Positions 1 through 9,121 of a stretch of DNA of 57,230 nt are shown here, piece after piece (within the stretch, counting starts at the first letter, position 1; each line of letters starts with the position of its first letter). The stretch comes from Candidatus Nanohalarchaeota archaeon (GTDB taxonomy: Archaea; EX4484-52; B79-G9): assembly GCA_030634545.1 (NCBI GenBank), contig DAOWAN010000002.1, positions 1-57,230 on the forward strand, in the 5' to 3' direction. Under the pieces are notes generated by a model. That model was not told the DNA's origin. It searched no databases and saw nothing but the letters and a program-made list of their open reading frames with translations. Position numbers and translations under genes: made by a program.

Positions 1-2
1 AG

Positions 3-194
3 TTTGAATTAATCCAATTAGATTCTGATGATTTAAGTTTTGATTTTGATATTGGAAGTAGTAAAGGATTCAAGATAAACAGGAAAGGGAAACAACCGCC
101 AGAAAAGATTAATAGAAATAAAATTAATCAAGCAAAGCAAAAACACAATCATCCTAATTACAAAGCAGGAAGCTTTGGACATAATAAATTTTAA
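3..194 (+). CDS. Partial hypothetical protein (3' end only; ...HPNYKAGSFGHNKF*)
   Basis: Open frame from 3 to TAA at 192-194, ending 3 nt before ATG 198. Confidence 0.5.
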   Translation, partial: FELIQLDSDDLSFDFDIGSSKGFKINRKGKQPPEKINRNKINQAKQKHNHPNYKAGSFGHNKF

Positions 195-197
195 AGA

Positions 198-263
198 ATG
201 GTTAAAAGATTTTATTTCCAGATTAAAAGAAACGTGCCAATGAGCAAAGCTGGTATGAAGTTA
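198..263 (+). repeat. 66-bp direct repeat, copy 1 (copy 2 at 57165-57230)
   Basis: Identical except T212 vs C57179 (synonymous Phe). Confidence 0.95.
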
Positions 264-620
264 TGGAAACAGGACAAGCGTGTTTTCAAGACAGTTTTCA
301 AGCCTGAACCTATTGAAGAGATTTCTAAGAAACTTGGTGGCAAAGGTGTTGATGTCAGGAGAATCAATTCTAAGGAAAAGTTGATGCAGTACGTCTGGGA
401 TAAATGCAGTGAGGGTACTTATGACCTTTGTATTTATCTGCCTTCTAAAAGCAGTCAGGGACGTTCTCCGATGACATTTGTAAGAGTCACTTTAAAAGGT
501 ACAGATAAACATGGTTCAGAGTTCTTGGTCACGCAGTTTGACACCAAAGGAAAAAAGAACAAGTTCGGAATGCGTTTTGGCGTATTCAAAAGGATGGTAT
601 TCTGGGAAGATGATTTCTAA
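198..620 (+). CDS. Hypothetical basic protein
   Basis: 140-aa ORF whose start is duplicated at the window end, there preceded by a TATA box. Confidence 0.75.
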   Translation: MVKRFYFQIKRNVPMSKAGMKLWKQDKRVFKTVFKPEPIEEISKKLGGKGVDVRRINSKEKLMQYVWDKCSEGTYDLCIYLPSKSSQGRSPMTFVRVTLKGTDKHGSEFLVTQFDTKGKKNKFGMRFGVFKRMVFWEDDF

Positions 621-673
621 ATCAATAGTATTTTATGTGCCTGAAAAAGGAAAAAAGAAAAGGGTAACTTTTC

Positions 674-1468
674 ATGGAAGAAGATAAAAGAATTATAACT
701 GGCTCTATCAGAGTCAGTTCTGATGAACAGAAAAAAAGAGGTCAGATGGTTGAGTATTATAAAGAAGACCTTATTAAAGCTGGTGTGCCTGAAAAAAATA
801 TCTTTGTTGAACTGGCACGTTCTGGAAGCATGAATGAAGATAAAGATATTGATTATAAATTGGAAGATGGTATTTTTTGGGTTGGTTTTAAGATAAGGAA
901 GAACAGACCTAAATTATGGGACTGGTTACAAAAAGTATCGGAAAACAAAATATCTTTGCATAAAACAACTAAATGGGACAGGTTGATAAGAGACATCCCT
1001 TTAGGCATCAGTTTGATTAGATTCTGTAAACAAAAGGGTACTGAAGTGACATCAACACAAGACACCAACGATGAACGAGTTATCCCTTATTTAATTGTCT
1101 TGGCTGAAGATGAAGCAAAAGCAACTAAAAAAAGGATTTGGAAAAGCAAAGAGTTTAAATTTGAAAAAGGTCTTTATATAGGAACTGAGAGAAAGCTTGG
1201 CTATAAAAAAACTAAAATAGAAATTGGTGATAGAAAATATCTTCACTTAGTTCCAAATAAAGAAGAAAATCTGATGATGAAAGATATTTTCTTTAATAAT
1301 AATTATAAAGAAGTATGCTCTAAACATAACATCACACCAAACACTTATTACAAAATCAGGAAAGACCGTTTCTATTGCGGATATATCAAGTACAAAGGTG
1401 TTGAGAAGAAAGGAATCCATGAACCACTTATTTCTGAAGAAGAATGGGATAAAATTCAACTAAGATAA
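674..1468 (+). CDS. Serine recombinase (resolvase catalytic domain plus recombinase domain; no Zn-ribbon/coiled coil)
   Basis: IRVSS catalytic motif, RSG, DRLIRD, and C-terminal FYCGYI...GIHEPLISEEEWDKIQ. Confidence 0.9.
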   Translation: MEEDKRIITGSIRVSSDEQKKRGQMVEYYKEDLIKAGVPEKNIFVELARSGSMNEDKDIDYKLEDGIFWVGFKIRKNRPKLWDWLQKVSENKISLHKTTKWDRLIRDIPLGISLIRFCKQKGTEVTSTQDTNDERVIPYLIVLAEDEAKATKKRIWKSKEFKFEKGLYIGTERKLGYKKTKIEIGDRKYLHLVPNKEENLMMKDIFFNNNYKEVCSKHNITPNTYYKIRKDRFYCGYIKYKGVEKKGIHEPLISEEEWDKIQLR

Positions 1469-2751
1469 TCTTTATCTTTCTTAATAATTTGTTTATATTT
1501 CAGTTTGCCTTTGCCTTTGATGATGTGGTTCGGCGAATCTTCTTTCTTTCCGAAAAACAATACCTGCTGAAGCCCAGCGTATCCGCTTTTAGTGGTCTTC
1601 TTAGTTATCAGGTCTGCTTTTTCCAACTCATTAACTTTGATTAGGAATGTCTTGTATTTTATCTCTTTCCCAAGATTTCCACAATACTTCTTATAGATAG
1701 TATTCATCGGCTTGCCTGAGTATGTAGCAATCACCCCTAATAAGAAATTGTGCTTTTTCTTCAGCTTCTTTATGTCATGCTCAGTGTCATAGACCTTGTC
1801 AAAGTCAGTCCCTTTTTTTTCAGGTTCTTCATCATCCATGAAGATTGGCTTTATCTCTGGCTCTGGCTCTTTTCTTTTCTTTTTCAGCTTGTCGAGAAAG
1901 AATTCCTGCTCTTTTTCAGATTTTCTTTTTTCCTTTTCAGTTTTTTCTTCAACAATCTTCTCTTTAATTTCTTGAGCAATGAATGGTAATAGAGGTTTCC
2001 TGCTCTGTTCCTTGTACTTGTCCCAGACAGCTTTGTTGCCGACCATGTCTTTAGAATATTCTCCTATATCAAAATCTCTTCCGCTTTGCCAGAACAGAAC
2101 TGTGTAATTGTTGTCAATTTTATCCATGACCATCTTCCAAGCCTTCCTTAATTTGATGCCTTTGACAGTGACATAATAAAGGATTGCTTCAAACTTGTCA
2201 GCAGGAATGTATTCTTTTTTTCTCTCTTTCTTAACTTCTTTCTTTTTTTTATTTATATCATAATGTGTTGCAAGCTCTTTTTTTGTCATTTCATACGATT
2301 TCTTGATTGGTAATTTTACTTCGGGCTTTTCCTTATTTTCCTCAATTTTCTTGATAATTTTATAGAATATAGGGTTGATGTTATTCTCTTTACACCATGC
2401 TTTCCAGAGCCTTGAATTAGAACCGCCCCAGACCTTGCCCGTAATTTCAGTATATGCTTCTCCAGGAGTGCTTTTCGGGTTCTTCAGAAGATAATCATAG
2501 ACTTTCTTGAACCTTGAGTTCCACAATACTTTTGAAGCTGTCTGCTTTAGAATTTCTTTTTGTTCAGGTTTTTTGACAGTTTGTTCAACTTTAACAGGCT
2601 TTTGTTCAGGTTTTGCTGGTTCTTGTTCAAAAAAGCTCTCAGCAAACTTTGTCAGCTTTTTGAGAACCTTGAGATTTTTCCTTTCCTTCAGCTTAATCTT
2701 TATATGGATGTCTTCACCGTCTCTGTATTCTAAATCTAATTGCTTTGTCAT
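1456..2751 (-). CDS. Lys-rich protein with C-terminal Orc1/Cdc6-type winged-helix domain
   Basis: IYKKYC...YKTFLIKVNELEKADLITKKTTKSGYAG resembles Cdc6_C; no Walker motifs. Confidence 0.55.
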   Translation of the reverse strand: MTKQLDLEYRDGEDIHIKIKLKERKNLKVLKKLTKFAESFFEQEPAKPEQKPVKVEQTVKKPEQKEILKQTASKVLWNSRFKKVYDYLLKNPKSTPGEAYTEITGKVWGGSNSRLWKAWCKENNINPIFYKIIKKIEENKEKPEVKLPIKKSYEMTKKELATHYDINKKKKEVKKERKKEYIPADKFEAILYYVTVKGIKLRKAWKMVMDKIDNNYTVLFWQSGRDFDIGEYSKDMVGNKAVWDKYKEQSRKPLLPFIAQEIKEKIVEEKTEKEKRKSEKEQEFFLDKLKKKRKEPEPEIKPIFMDDEEPEKKGTDFDKVYDTEHDIKKLKKKHNFLLGVIATYSGKPMNTIYKKYCGNLGKEIKYKTFLIKVNELEKADLITKKTTKSGYAGLQQVLFFGKKEDSPNHIIKGKGKLKYKQIIKKDKDYLS

Positions 2752-3311
2752 TTCGGCTGATGTTCAATCTCTTTTTTTGTTGCAAAATCTTTTAAGTCTT
2801 CAATCATGTGTTTTGTCATTTCCAGCATAGTTGCCCCTGCCAGACTTATTGTTTCCTTTATCTTTATTGCCATATCTCTGTCTCCCCCACGCATTATATC
2901 AATTATATCTTCTTCTGCTTTACGCTTGACAACTATATATCCATAACCTTTTTTCTTTAAGCAGTCTGGCAACAAATTTATATCATTAGGGTAAATGAAA
3001 TGAAATGTCCTATAAAGTGAGAATTCTCCTTTACCAAAAGTGTCTAGAAACCCTTCAGATGCAAATAATTCATTATTCCTTGTCTTTGTGTTAAGCTCTT
3101 GAATCTGCACTTCTGCTGGCTTTGTCTGGTCATTATCTCTTGGGTACGCAGAGAATATCGTCCTCTTGTATTTAAGCTCATCCTTTATATCATCTGCATT
3201 GCAGACAAACAACTTATTTTTCAGTGTGTTCTTAAAATAAATAATAATGTCTGGGTTCACGCCCAAATCATTCTCTACTTTTTGTGCTGGTTTGAACATA
3301 TTAAATTCCAT
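2748..3311 (-). CDS. Hypothetical protein
   Basis: 187-aa ORF with ATGA overlap to the downstream gene. Confidence 0.7.
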   Translation of the reverse strand: MEFNMFKPAQKVENDLGVNPDIIIYFKNTLKNKLFVCNADDIKDELKYKRTIFSAYPRDNDQTKPAEVQIQELNTKTRNNELFASEGFLDTFGKGEFSLYRTFHFIYPNDINLLPDCLKKKGYGYIVVKRKAEEDIIDIMRGGDRDMAIKIKETISLAGATMLEMTKHMIEDLKDFATKKEIEHQPK

Positions 3312-3313
3312 TG

Positions 3314-3520
3314 TTAGTTCACCTTTAATTCTTCTTTGATTTTCTTTTTCTTGCCGACTTTATGTCTTCCAAGATATTCATATCTCCTGATTTTCGGCTC
3401 TCCTTTATCATGACCTTCTTTCTTGTCGAGCCATCTCAAGACATGCCTTTTCTTTACTAAATCCATAGCTTCCTGTGGAGTCAGCTTGTAAATCTCACCT
3501 TGCTTGAATTCTTTAGCCAT
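3314..3520 (-). CDS. Hypothetical small basic protein
   Basis: 68-aa ORF with operon-like spacing. Confidence 0.6.
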   Translation of the reverse strand: MAKEFKQGEIYKLTPQEAMDLVKKRHVLRWLDKKEGHDKGEPKIRRYEYLGRHKVGKKKKIKEELKVN

Positions 3521-3670
3521 TTTTTAATTCATTAAATTTTTTCAATAAAATCTCAAGTTTTGCCAATTCTCTATGACTTAAATATACACTTGCTTTGTTC
3601 TCTTTGAAAAATATCTCACAATCTCCATTTTCATGCAAGTATATGTAACTTCCCTGTTCAATTATTTGAG

Positions 3671-4021
3671 TCATTTTCTTATATATTTGATTTTTTTATT
3701 TGGAACATTGTAAATGCCTTGTCTTCCTATCACATTGAACTTCTTGATTCTTCTGGGGTTCTTTAACACCCATGAATACCTGTTTGGAAAATAACTGCAT
3801 AACGCCCCAGCCATATCTTCAGGCTTCATTTTTCTTATATGAACCAAGTCAACAACGCACAATGCCAATCCTGAATTGTCTGTCTTTGGATGTTTTGAAG
3901 CAACTATCAATAATTTGCCCCTGTACTTAGTCTTCCATGTCCTTGTCTCTATGTCCTTCAAACCCTGCATTATCCATGTTGCATACGGCTCTTTGATTGA
4001 TATACTTTTAATTTTTAACAC
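3671..4021 (-). CDS. ASCH domain protein
   Basis: SIKEPYA..I..GLKDIETRTW.TKYRG.LLI.AS and terminal GRQGIYN motifs. Confidence 0.9.
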   Translation of the reverse strand: MLKIKSISIKEPYATWIMQGLKDIETRTWKTKYRGKLLIVASKHPKTDNSGLALCVVDLVHIRKMKPEDMAGALCSYFPNRYSWVLKNPRRIKKFNVIGRQGIYNVPNKKIKYIRK

Positions 4022-4243
4022 CTGTCATAAGCTTTTCTATTAGATTTTGCTTTCCGCATACTCATTGTTGTCGGTTTTCCTTTGTTGATATTATGTTTTT
4101 TTTCAGTTGTTTTTTTTTCAATGTAATAAGGTACTTTTAATGACCCATCTTCATTAAATTCTATGTTGTGATTTACTTTTTCTTTAGTCATTTTGCACAG
4201 TCAAAGCAGATGCCGACACCTTCTATCTGGGGTCTGATGTCAT

Positions 4244-4477
4244 TTACTTGTCTCTTACATTTGGCACACTTGAATTTTTTTCCTTTTTTTGCCATTTTTC
4301 TTTTAAAACCTTGTTTATTATCGGTGCAATCTTTTTCATAGATTTCCTGCTTATCTCTTTCTGCACCTTGCAGTTTTTGTTATGCTTCCTGAAATTCTCC
4401 CTCTTCTGCTGTCTTCTTGAAAACTCTGAGCCTTGTCCAGCCTTGACAAATTCACCGCAGTACTTACATCTAGGCAT
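4244..4477 (-). CDS. Small Zn-finger protein (start revised to MPRCKYCG)
   Basis: CxxC...HxxxC. Confidence 0.55.
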   Translation of the reverse strand: MPRCKYCGEFVKAGQGSEFSRRQQKRENFRKHNKNCKVQKEISRKSMKKIAPIINKVLKEKWQKKEKNSSVPNVRDK

Positions 4478-4596
4478 CTTATCTCCATGATTTTCTGTGT
4501 GTGCAGTGCGGACAACTACCGCCTTGACCATAGATGCAGTTATGCTTCTCACAATATTCAAGATTGTCTCTTGCTTTTGGCTCTAATAATCCCATT

Positions 4597-5214
4597 TTAT
4601 TCTCTAATCCTTTCTTCGTCAGGCTTCACAACAGGTTTTGGTATTCTTGGCAGTTTGTACGATGTCTCAGTCCTGCCGTCTGGGTGCTGTGTGATTATAG
4701 GGAACATCTCCCTTGTTGATTCTGATGCGTTCTTCAGGTTCTCAACAACAGTCTTGCCTGTCGGCTTTGCCATGAACTTCTTCAAATTGATGATGCCTGT
4801 CTTCCTGTTCACAAAATGCAGAAACCAGTACGGCAGTTCAGTCTCCCTGAACATCCTTATGAAAAAATATGTCGGTGACTTGTCAGGGTCTTCTGGCTGG
4901 ATGTTATGCTCTAACAGACCTTCATGCTCTTCCATACGCAGACCTTCATCCTCTAAATGCAGATTTAATATGTTTTTGGCTTGCTTGTCGTCCAATAACA
5001 TTATCTTTTCTGGCTTCTCAATAATCTCCTTGTATTCCTTGACTTCCTGTCTTTTTGACATCAAAGACCATAGCAATACAACAATGACCCACAGACTGAC
5101 AAATATCCCGATAGTTATGTAAGAAGCATCGAATGTCCATAATATAAAAATCAATGCTATCAATGATAAAGCTAGTATTAAGTTTACAATCCTGTTGTCT
5201 TTCTTCTCTGGCAT
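4597..5214 (-). CDS. Membrane protein with 2 N-terminal TM helices
   Basis: Two hydrophobic stretches followed by a soluble domain. Confidence 0.75.
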   Translation of the reverse strand: MPEKKDNRIVNLILALSLIALIFILWTFDASYITIGIFVSLWVIVVLLWSLMSKRQEVKEYKEIIEKPEKIMLLDDKQAKNILNLHLEDEGLRMEEHEGLLEHNIQPEDPDKSPTYFFIRMFRETELPYWFLHFVNRKTGIINLKKFMAKPTGKTVVENLKNASESTREMFPIITQHPDGRTETSYKLPRIPKPVVKPDEERIRE

Positions 5215-5222
5215 TCTTTTAA

Positions 5223-5477
5223 TTATACTGGACTTCTACTCACACAAAAATCTTGACCATCTAATTTATATCTTATTTCTTCACCTTGTTTTTTGTGAAT
5301 TAATTCAACTAATACCCATGCAGGTATTTCAACTTCAACTGGTGTTTCTTTTACAAGTTCTTCTACGTTTATGCCAAATTCAGTAACATCAAAATCATCT
5401 GACACTGTTGAATGTTGTGTGCTTTGTAATTTTCCATCCACATTTATATCAATTTTTAGTTCCTTCAATTTTATCAC
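5223..5477 (-). CDS. Hypothetical protein
   Basis: 84-aa ORF between co-oriented genes. Confidence 0.55.
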   Translation of the reverse strand: MIKLKELKIDINVDGKLQSTQHSTVSDDFDVTEFGINVEELVKETPVEVEIPAWVLVELIHKKQGEEIRYKLDGQDFCVSRSPV

Positions 5478-5483
5478 CTTTCT

Positions 5484-6977
5484 TCAAATCCTAGAAGATT
5501 CTTCGAGTGCAGATTCCTGCTCTGCCGTGTTCCTCTTATTCTTCACAAAAAATGCAACTAAAATTATTACCAACAGACCTAAACCAATACCGCCCAGATT
5601 CCAGTCTCTTCTAACAGATGTGACAAACCAATGCGTCTCATCTTGCTTATCTAAGTTCTGGTTGACCTTGTCAGTCAGGTTGCCTAGTTGACCGCCGAAC
5701 AGACCTAACGTATCTTTTATTAATTTTTCCATGTTCTCAACCTTTGTCTTTAAAGTTGCGATTGCATCCTGTTCATCTTCATCTGCATCTGTCAGGTCAT
5801 CAAGCTCTGCTTCTGTATAGTTCTTTGTATAGATTTTGTCCCTGTACTGGATTACAGTCTGGTTCTTCTCCTCAACATGGCAGAAAGGGTCATCCCAATC
5901 CCTGTCTTCACAGTATTCAGCCTGCTCTTCAGGTGTCATCAGTCTGACAAAAATCTGTGGCTTGTCATCATCTGGCTGTGAAAAGTTACGGGAGTTGATA
6001 TGTATCGTGAAAGTCTTTTCCATGTCATCAAGATTGTCTGCTGTGAACTTGATAACTTTTTCATAATCCATGCCCGTCTGGTTAGTTCTTGTGATGTCTT
6101 GCGGATTTACAGTGAACACGACTATCTTTTCAGAAACCAAATCAAAGTTGTTCTCAGAAAAAGTTGTCCATGAATCTGATTCCATCTTCAGATTATAAAT
6201 AGTCTCATTCGGTCTTAGTATCAGCACGCCAGAACTCTTGTCATTGTAATTGATAGGGGAGAACGGCGGTGTCAACACTATCTCTAAATTTGTGGGGAGA
6301 TGCCTTGACTCAACAGAGAAAGTGTATGGGATATAATAGCTCGGGTTGACAGTCGGCTGTAAATACTTATTGTCCTTGACCTCAACCTCAAATCCTATCA
6401 GCGTCTCTTCATCAACAAAAGAATAGTTCTTCAGTTCATCTATCAAAAAAGTGTGGGTCATGTTGACATCCACATCAAACTCTTCTAAATTATCAATGTC
6501 TGTTATGGTGTGGTTTATTGTATCATTATTATAGAATAAAAGCGTGTCATTCAGGAAAGCATCCAATTCAATAGGAAGGAATCCTGTGCCTGTTATTGTT
6601 ATTGTTCGGTTGGCTGGAATCTTAGTCTCATTTGTCAGGTAAAAGAATTTGAGCCTTGTGAGATAGTCCTGTTCAAGAGTCTCATTGGTCTTGACGGAGA
6701 AATCAAGTGTCTTGGTCTCATTCAGAGAAAGATTATTGATAACACCAAACTTAAAATGCTCAACTGGTTCAAACGTGACATTATATATTGTGAAATTGTG
6801 CGGAGTTACATTCTGCTGGTAATAGACTGTCAATGAGTAGTTCTGCCTTATGTCTTCAATGACATCTATGTTGAATGTGTCTGGGTTGAGTTCCAGCCCG
6901 AATACCCCTGTGGCACTTAACGTAAATATTACAATTAAAATCATGATGAACTTGTGAAATTTGTCCCAGAATGCCAT
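5484..6977 (-). CDS. Secreted, C-terminally anchored glycoprotein with a cupredoxin-like segment and short coiled coil
   Basis: Signal peptide; ITITGTGFLP..L.....DTLLFYNNDTINHTI resembles the plastocyanin-like fold; many NxS/T sequons; C-terminal TM. Confidence 0.7.
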   Translation of the reverse strand: MAFWDKFHKFIMILIVIFTLSATGVFGLELNPDTFNIDVIEDIRQNYSLTVYYQQNVTPHNFTIYNVTFEPVEHFKFGVINNLSLNETKTLDFSVKTNETLEQDYLTRLKFFYLTNETKIPANRTITITGTGFLPIELDAFLNDTLLFYNNDTINHTITDIDNLEEFDVDVNMTHTFLIDELKNYSFVDEETLIGFEVEVKDNKYLQPTVNPSYYIPYTFSVESRHLPTNLEIVLTPPFSPINYNDKSSGVLILRPNETIYNLKMESDSWTTFSENNFDLVSEKIVVFTVNPQDITRTNQTGMDYEKVIKFTADNLDDMEKTFTIHINSRNFSQPDDDKPQIFVRLMTPEEQAEYCEDRDWDDPFCHVEEKNQTVIQYRDKIYTKNYTEAELDDLTDADEDEQDAIATLKTKVENMEKLIKDTLGLFGGQLGNLTDKVNQNLDKQDETHWFVTSVRRDWNLGGIGLGLLVIILVAFFVKNKRNTAEQESALEESSRI

Positions 6978-7005
6978 TTCTAATTAAAATTAATTGCAGA
7001 AGTAG

Positions 7006-7025
7006 TTTATATATTTTCTTTATTT
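7006..7025 (-). promoter_or_regulatory. TATA promoter (AAAATATATAAA) for the gene starting at 6977
   Basis: 20 bp identical to 52968-52987; 29 nt from ATG. Confidence 0.7.
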
Positions 7026-7028
7026 AAA

Positions 7029-7265
7029 GGGGCAGTTGGTCAGGTGTAATGAATGCAGATTGCCTTCATTAGAATTCTTGTGTTTTTACTTCTACTGTAA
7101 TGGAGTGATTAACATGGAAAAGAAAAACAAAGAGTCAAACTTACTCGAAGGCAACGAACATCAACTAAAGTTGCCAGTAGCCGTTACCTGACCTATGCCT
7201 AACCGTGAAGAAAACTCAGGGTTTCTCCATGATAGTAAGTTTCACAGGCAGAAAATATGGAAGCT
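7029..7265. ncRNA. Candidate structured non-coding RNA
   Basis: Nested inverted repeats (7031-7050/7182-7199; 7060-7067/7147-7154; about 7075-7092/7117-7134), a further stem at about 7200-7250, and a TATA-like element at about 7287-7300 on the minus strand. Confidence 0.5.
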
Positions 7266-7453
7266 ATACATCAACACGATTTACCGTTATAATATATTTC
7301 TTTTTTTCCTGCCTACTCTTCTTTTAATCAACAGATTATTTTTTCTGCTCTGATGACAATGATTTATTTCTCATATTCTTGAAATAGTGATGATAAGCGT
7401 ATATGACAAAGATAATCAAAAGCATATAAATAATTTTCGATACTTTAATAAAG

Positions 7454-7660
7454 CTATCCCATGCCCTGCTTAGGTTCATTCTCAATCTTTTCTCCCTTGC
7501 ATAAAATCTTGTCAATCCTGCCGTAAAAACCTTTCTTTCCGAAAAAGTTCGGACAGCCTTTGCATTCCTCTGCTTTTATCTTCTTCATAGGACATTTGTT
7601 TCTTGGATTCAAATTTCCTTTCTCAGATACTCTGAAGATTATTGACTTTACTTCTGTCAT
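7454..7660 (-). CDS. Small Cys-rich protein
   Basis: CP...CxxC...C; ATGA overlap. Confidence 0.6.
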   Translation of the reverse strand: MTEVKSIIFRVSEKGNLNPRNKCPMKKIKAEECKGCPNFFGKKGFYGRIDKILCKGEKIENEPKQGMG

Positions 7661-8016
7661 GCCACTACTTCGTGATTGTAGCCCCAGTACTTGTTCTTCC
7701 AGTGGCAGTTATCTTTTATTGTGGCTGTTGACAATACAATCTTTTTCTCTTTCCTCAGCTTGTTCAGAGCATACCTGACAACCTGTTTCGGCAAGTTCAA
7801 GTTATTCTCTATCAAAGAGTCTTTGCTGAAGACGTTCTTCTCCCTCAGATAATCTAATATTATCACCTGCGGTCTGTACTTTCCCTGCCAGAACATCATC
7901 TCGTCTTTTTTCAATGACTCGTTATGATGCTTCTTCTTGTAGCTTGTCCTGTGATGCTGTGACAAGTTATGTTCTGTCTTCAGTCCTCTATGCTTGTGCT
8001 TTTCCAATTTATTCAC
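7657..8016 (-). CDS. Putative winged-helix DNA-binding protein
   Basis: ILDYLRE...LNLPKQVVRYALNKLRKEKKI pattern. Confidence 0.55.
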   Translation of the reverse strand: MNKLEKHKHRGLKTEHNLSQHHRTSYKKKHHNESLKKDEMMFWQGKYRPQVIILDYLREKNVFSKDSLIENNLNLPKQVVRYALNKLRKEKKIVLSTATIKDNCHWKNKYWGYNHEVVA

Positions 8017-8180
8017 CTTTTATATTCTTATTACTTTTATTTTTCCTTTTTTCACACCCTTACCTTGTTCATAATTACAGCCAAAACATTTATGTTTTCC
8101 TCTTTCTTTTCCTTTTTGAATCAAGACCAATTCATGACCGCAATCTTCTTCTGGACAGTTCATTTTCTCTAAACACGGGC

Positions 8181-8480
8181 TTATTTATGCTCTTTTGTTT
8201 TCAAACATTTTTCACATTTGAATATATGGTCGAAAAACTTTCTTAATTGTTTACTTGTTTTTTCTGGACAAGTTAATATATAATATCCTTTTGTAGGACT
8301 AAATGTACTTAAAAAATAGTTTGGTATAACTAAATCAAATACATCATTAAATATACTATTTTGGCTTATTCCCCAATAAAACTTCTTTGATTTTTTACAC
8401 ATCTTTTTTACAACATGAAGATGACTTTCAATTCTTCTTTTAAAATCATCAACATTCATAACTGGCATTTCATATTTCAT
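8181..8480 (-). CDS. Hypothetical protein
   Basis: 99-aa ORF with GGAG SD site. Confidence 0.55.
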   Translation of the reverse strand: MKYEMPVMNVDDFKRRIESHLHVVKKMCKKSKKFYWGISQNSIFNDVFDLVIPNYFLSTFSPTKGYYILTCPEKTSKQLRKFFDHIFKCEKCLKTKEHK

Positions 8481-8762
8481 TTGTTCTCAACTCCTTATTA
8501 ACGAGCTTATTTATGCTCATTATTTTATAATCCAAATTGTTTTAACTTTGTAAGTAATTCTTTACAAAATTTACAATGACCTACTCCACGTTCTTCCATA
8601 ATCTGAATTATATGCCATCTTTCTGTTTTATTTAGTTTCATCTAAATCAGCTCCTTTGTCTTCACCAAAAATTTATTTCTTTTAAAATAATATAAATAAT
8701 CATTATCCACATAATTGAAGCTAAAATAAACCCCTGTGTAAAATCTATCCAATCTCGTTCCA

Positions 8763-9005
8763 TTAAATCAGCTCATTTCTTAATGATTTTAATTTCTGTT
8801 TATTTGTTATCATATCTATATTAACAAAATGTTTTGATATTATTTTATTATTCCAAAGTTTTCTTGGTGGATATACTTCCAATAATTCTATATGTTTATT
8901 TCCTGTTACTCCATTAAACGATGTTCTCCAATAATATCCAATAACATTTTCTTTTGTTCCGTCATTAAATGTTATCTCAAATTCCCAAAGTTCTCCTTTC
9001 TTCAT
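8763..9005 (-). CDS. Hypothetical protein
   Basis: 80-aa ORF with GGTGA SD site. Confidence 0.6.
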   Translation of the reverse strand: MKKGELWEFEITFNDGTKENVIGYYWRTSFNGVTGNKHIELLEVYPPRKLWNNKIISKHFVNIDMITNKQKLKSLRNELI

Positions 9006-9121
9006 TCATATCACCTTTCAATATTCTATTTGTGGACTTGGACAATGACACTCTAAACATCTACAACAATACTTGCAAACTTCACAATCTTTTCCACAAC
9101 CTTCACAATGTCCTTTCATTT

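Noticed and set aside
7029..7265. SRP RNA or tmRNA identity for the structured region
   Set aside because: The AGGTCAGGT match to 4.5S RNA lacks the following GGAA-loop/AGCAG motif, and no tRNA-like T-arm or CCA end is visible for tmRNA
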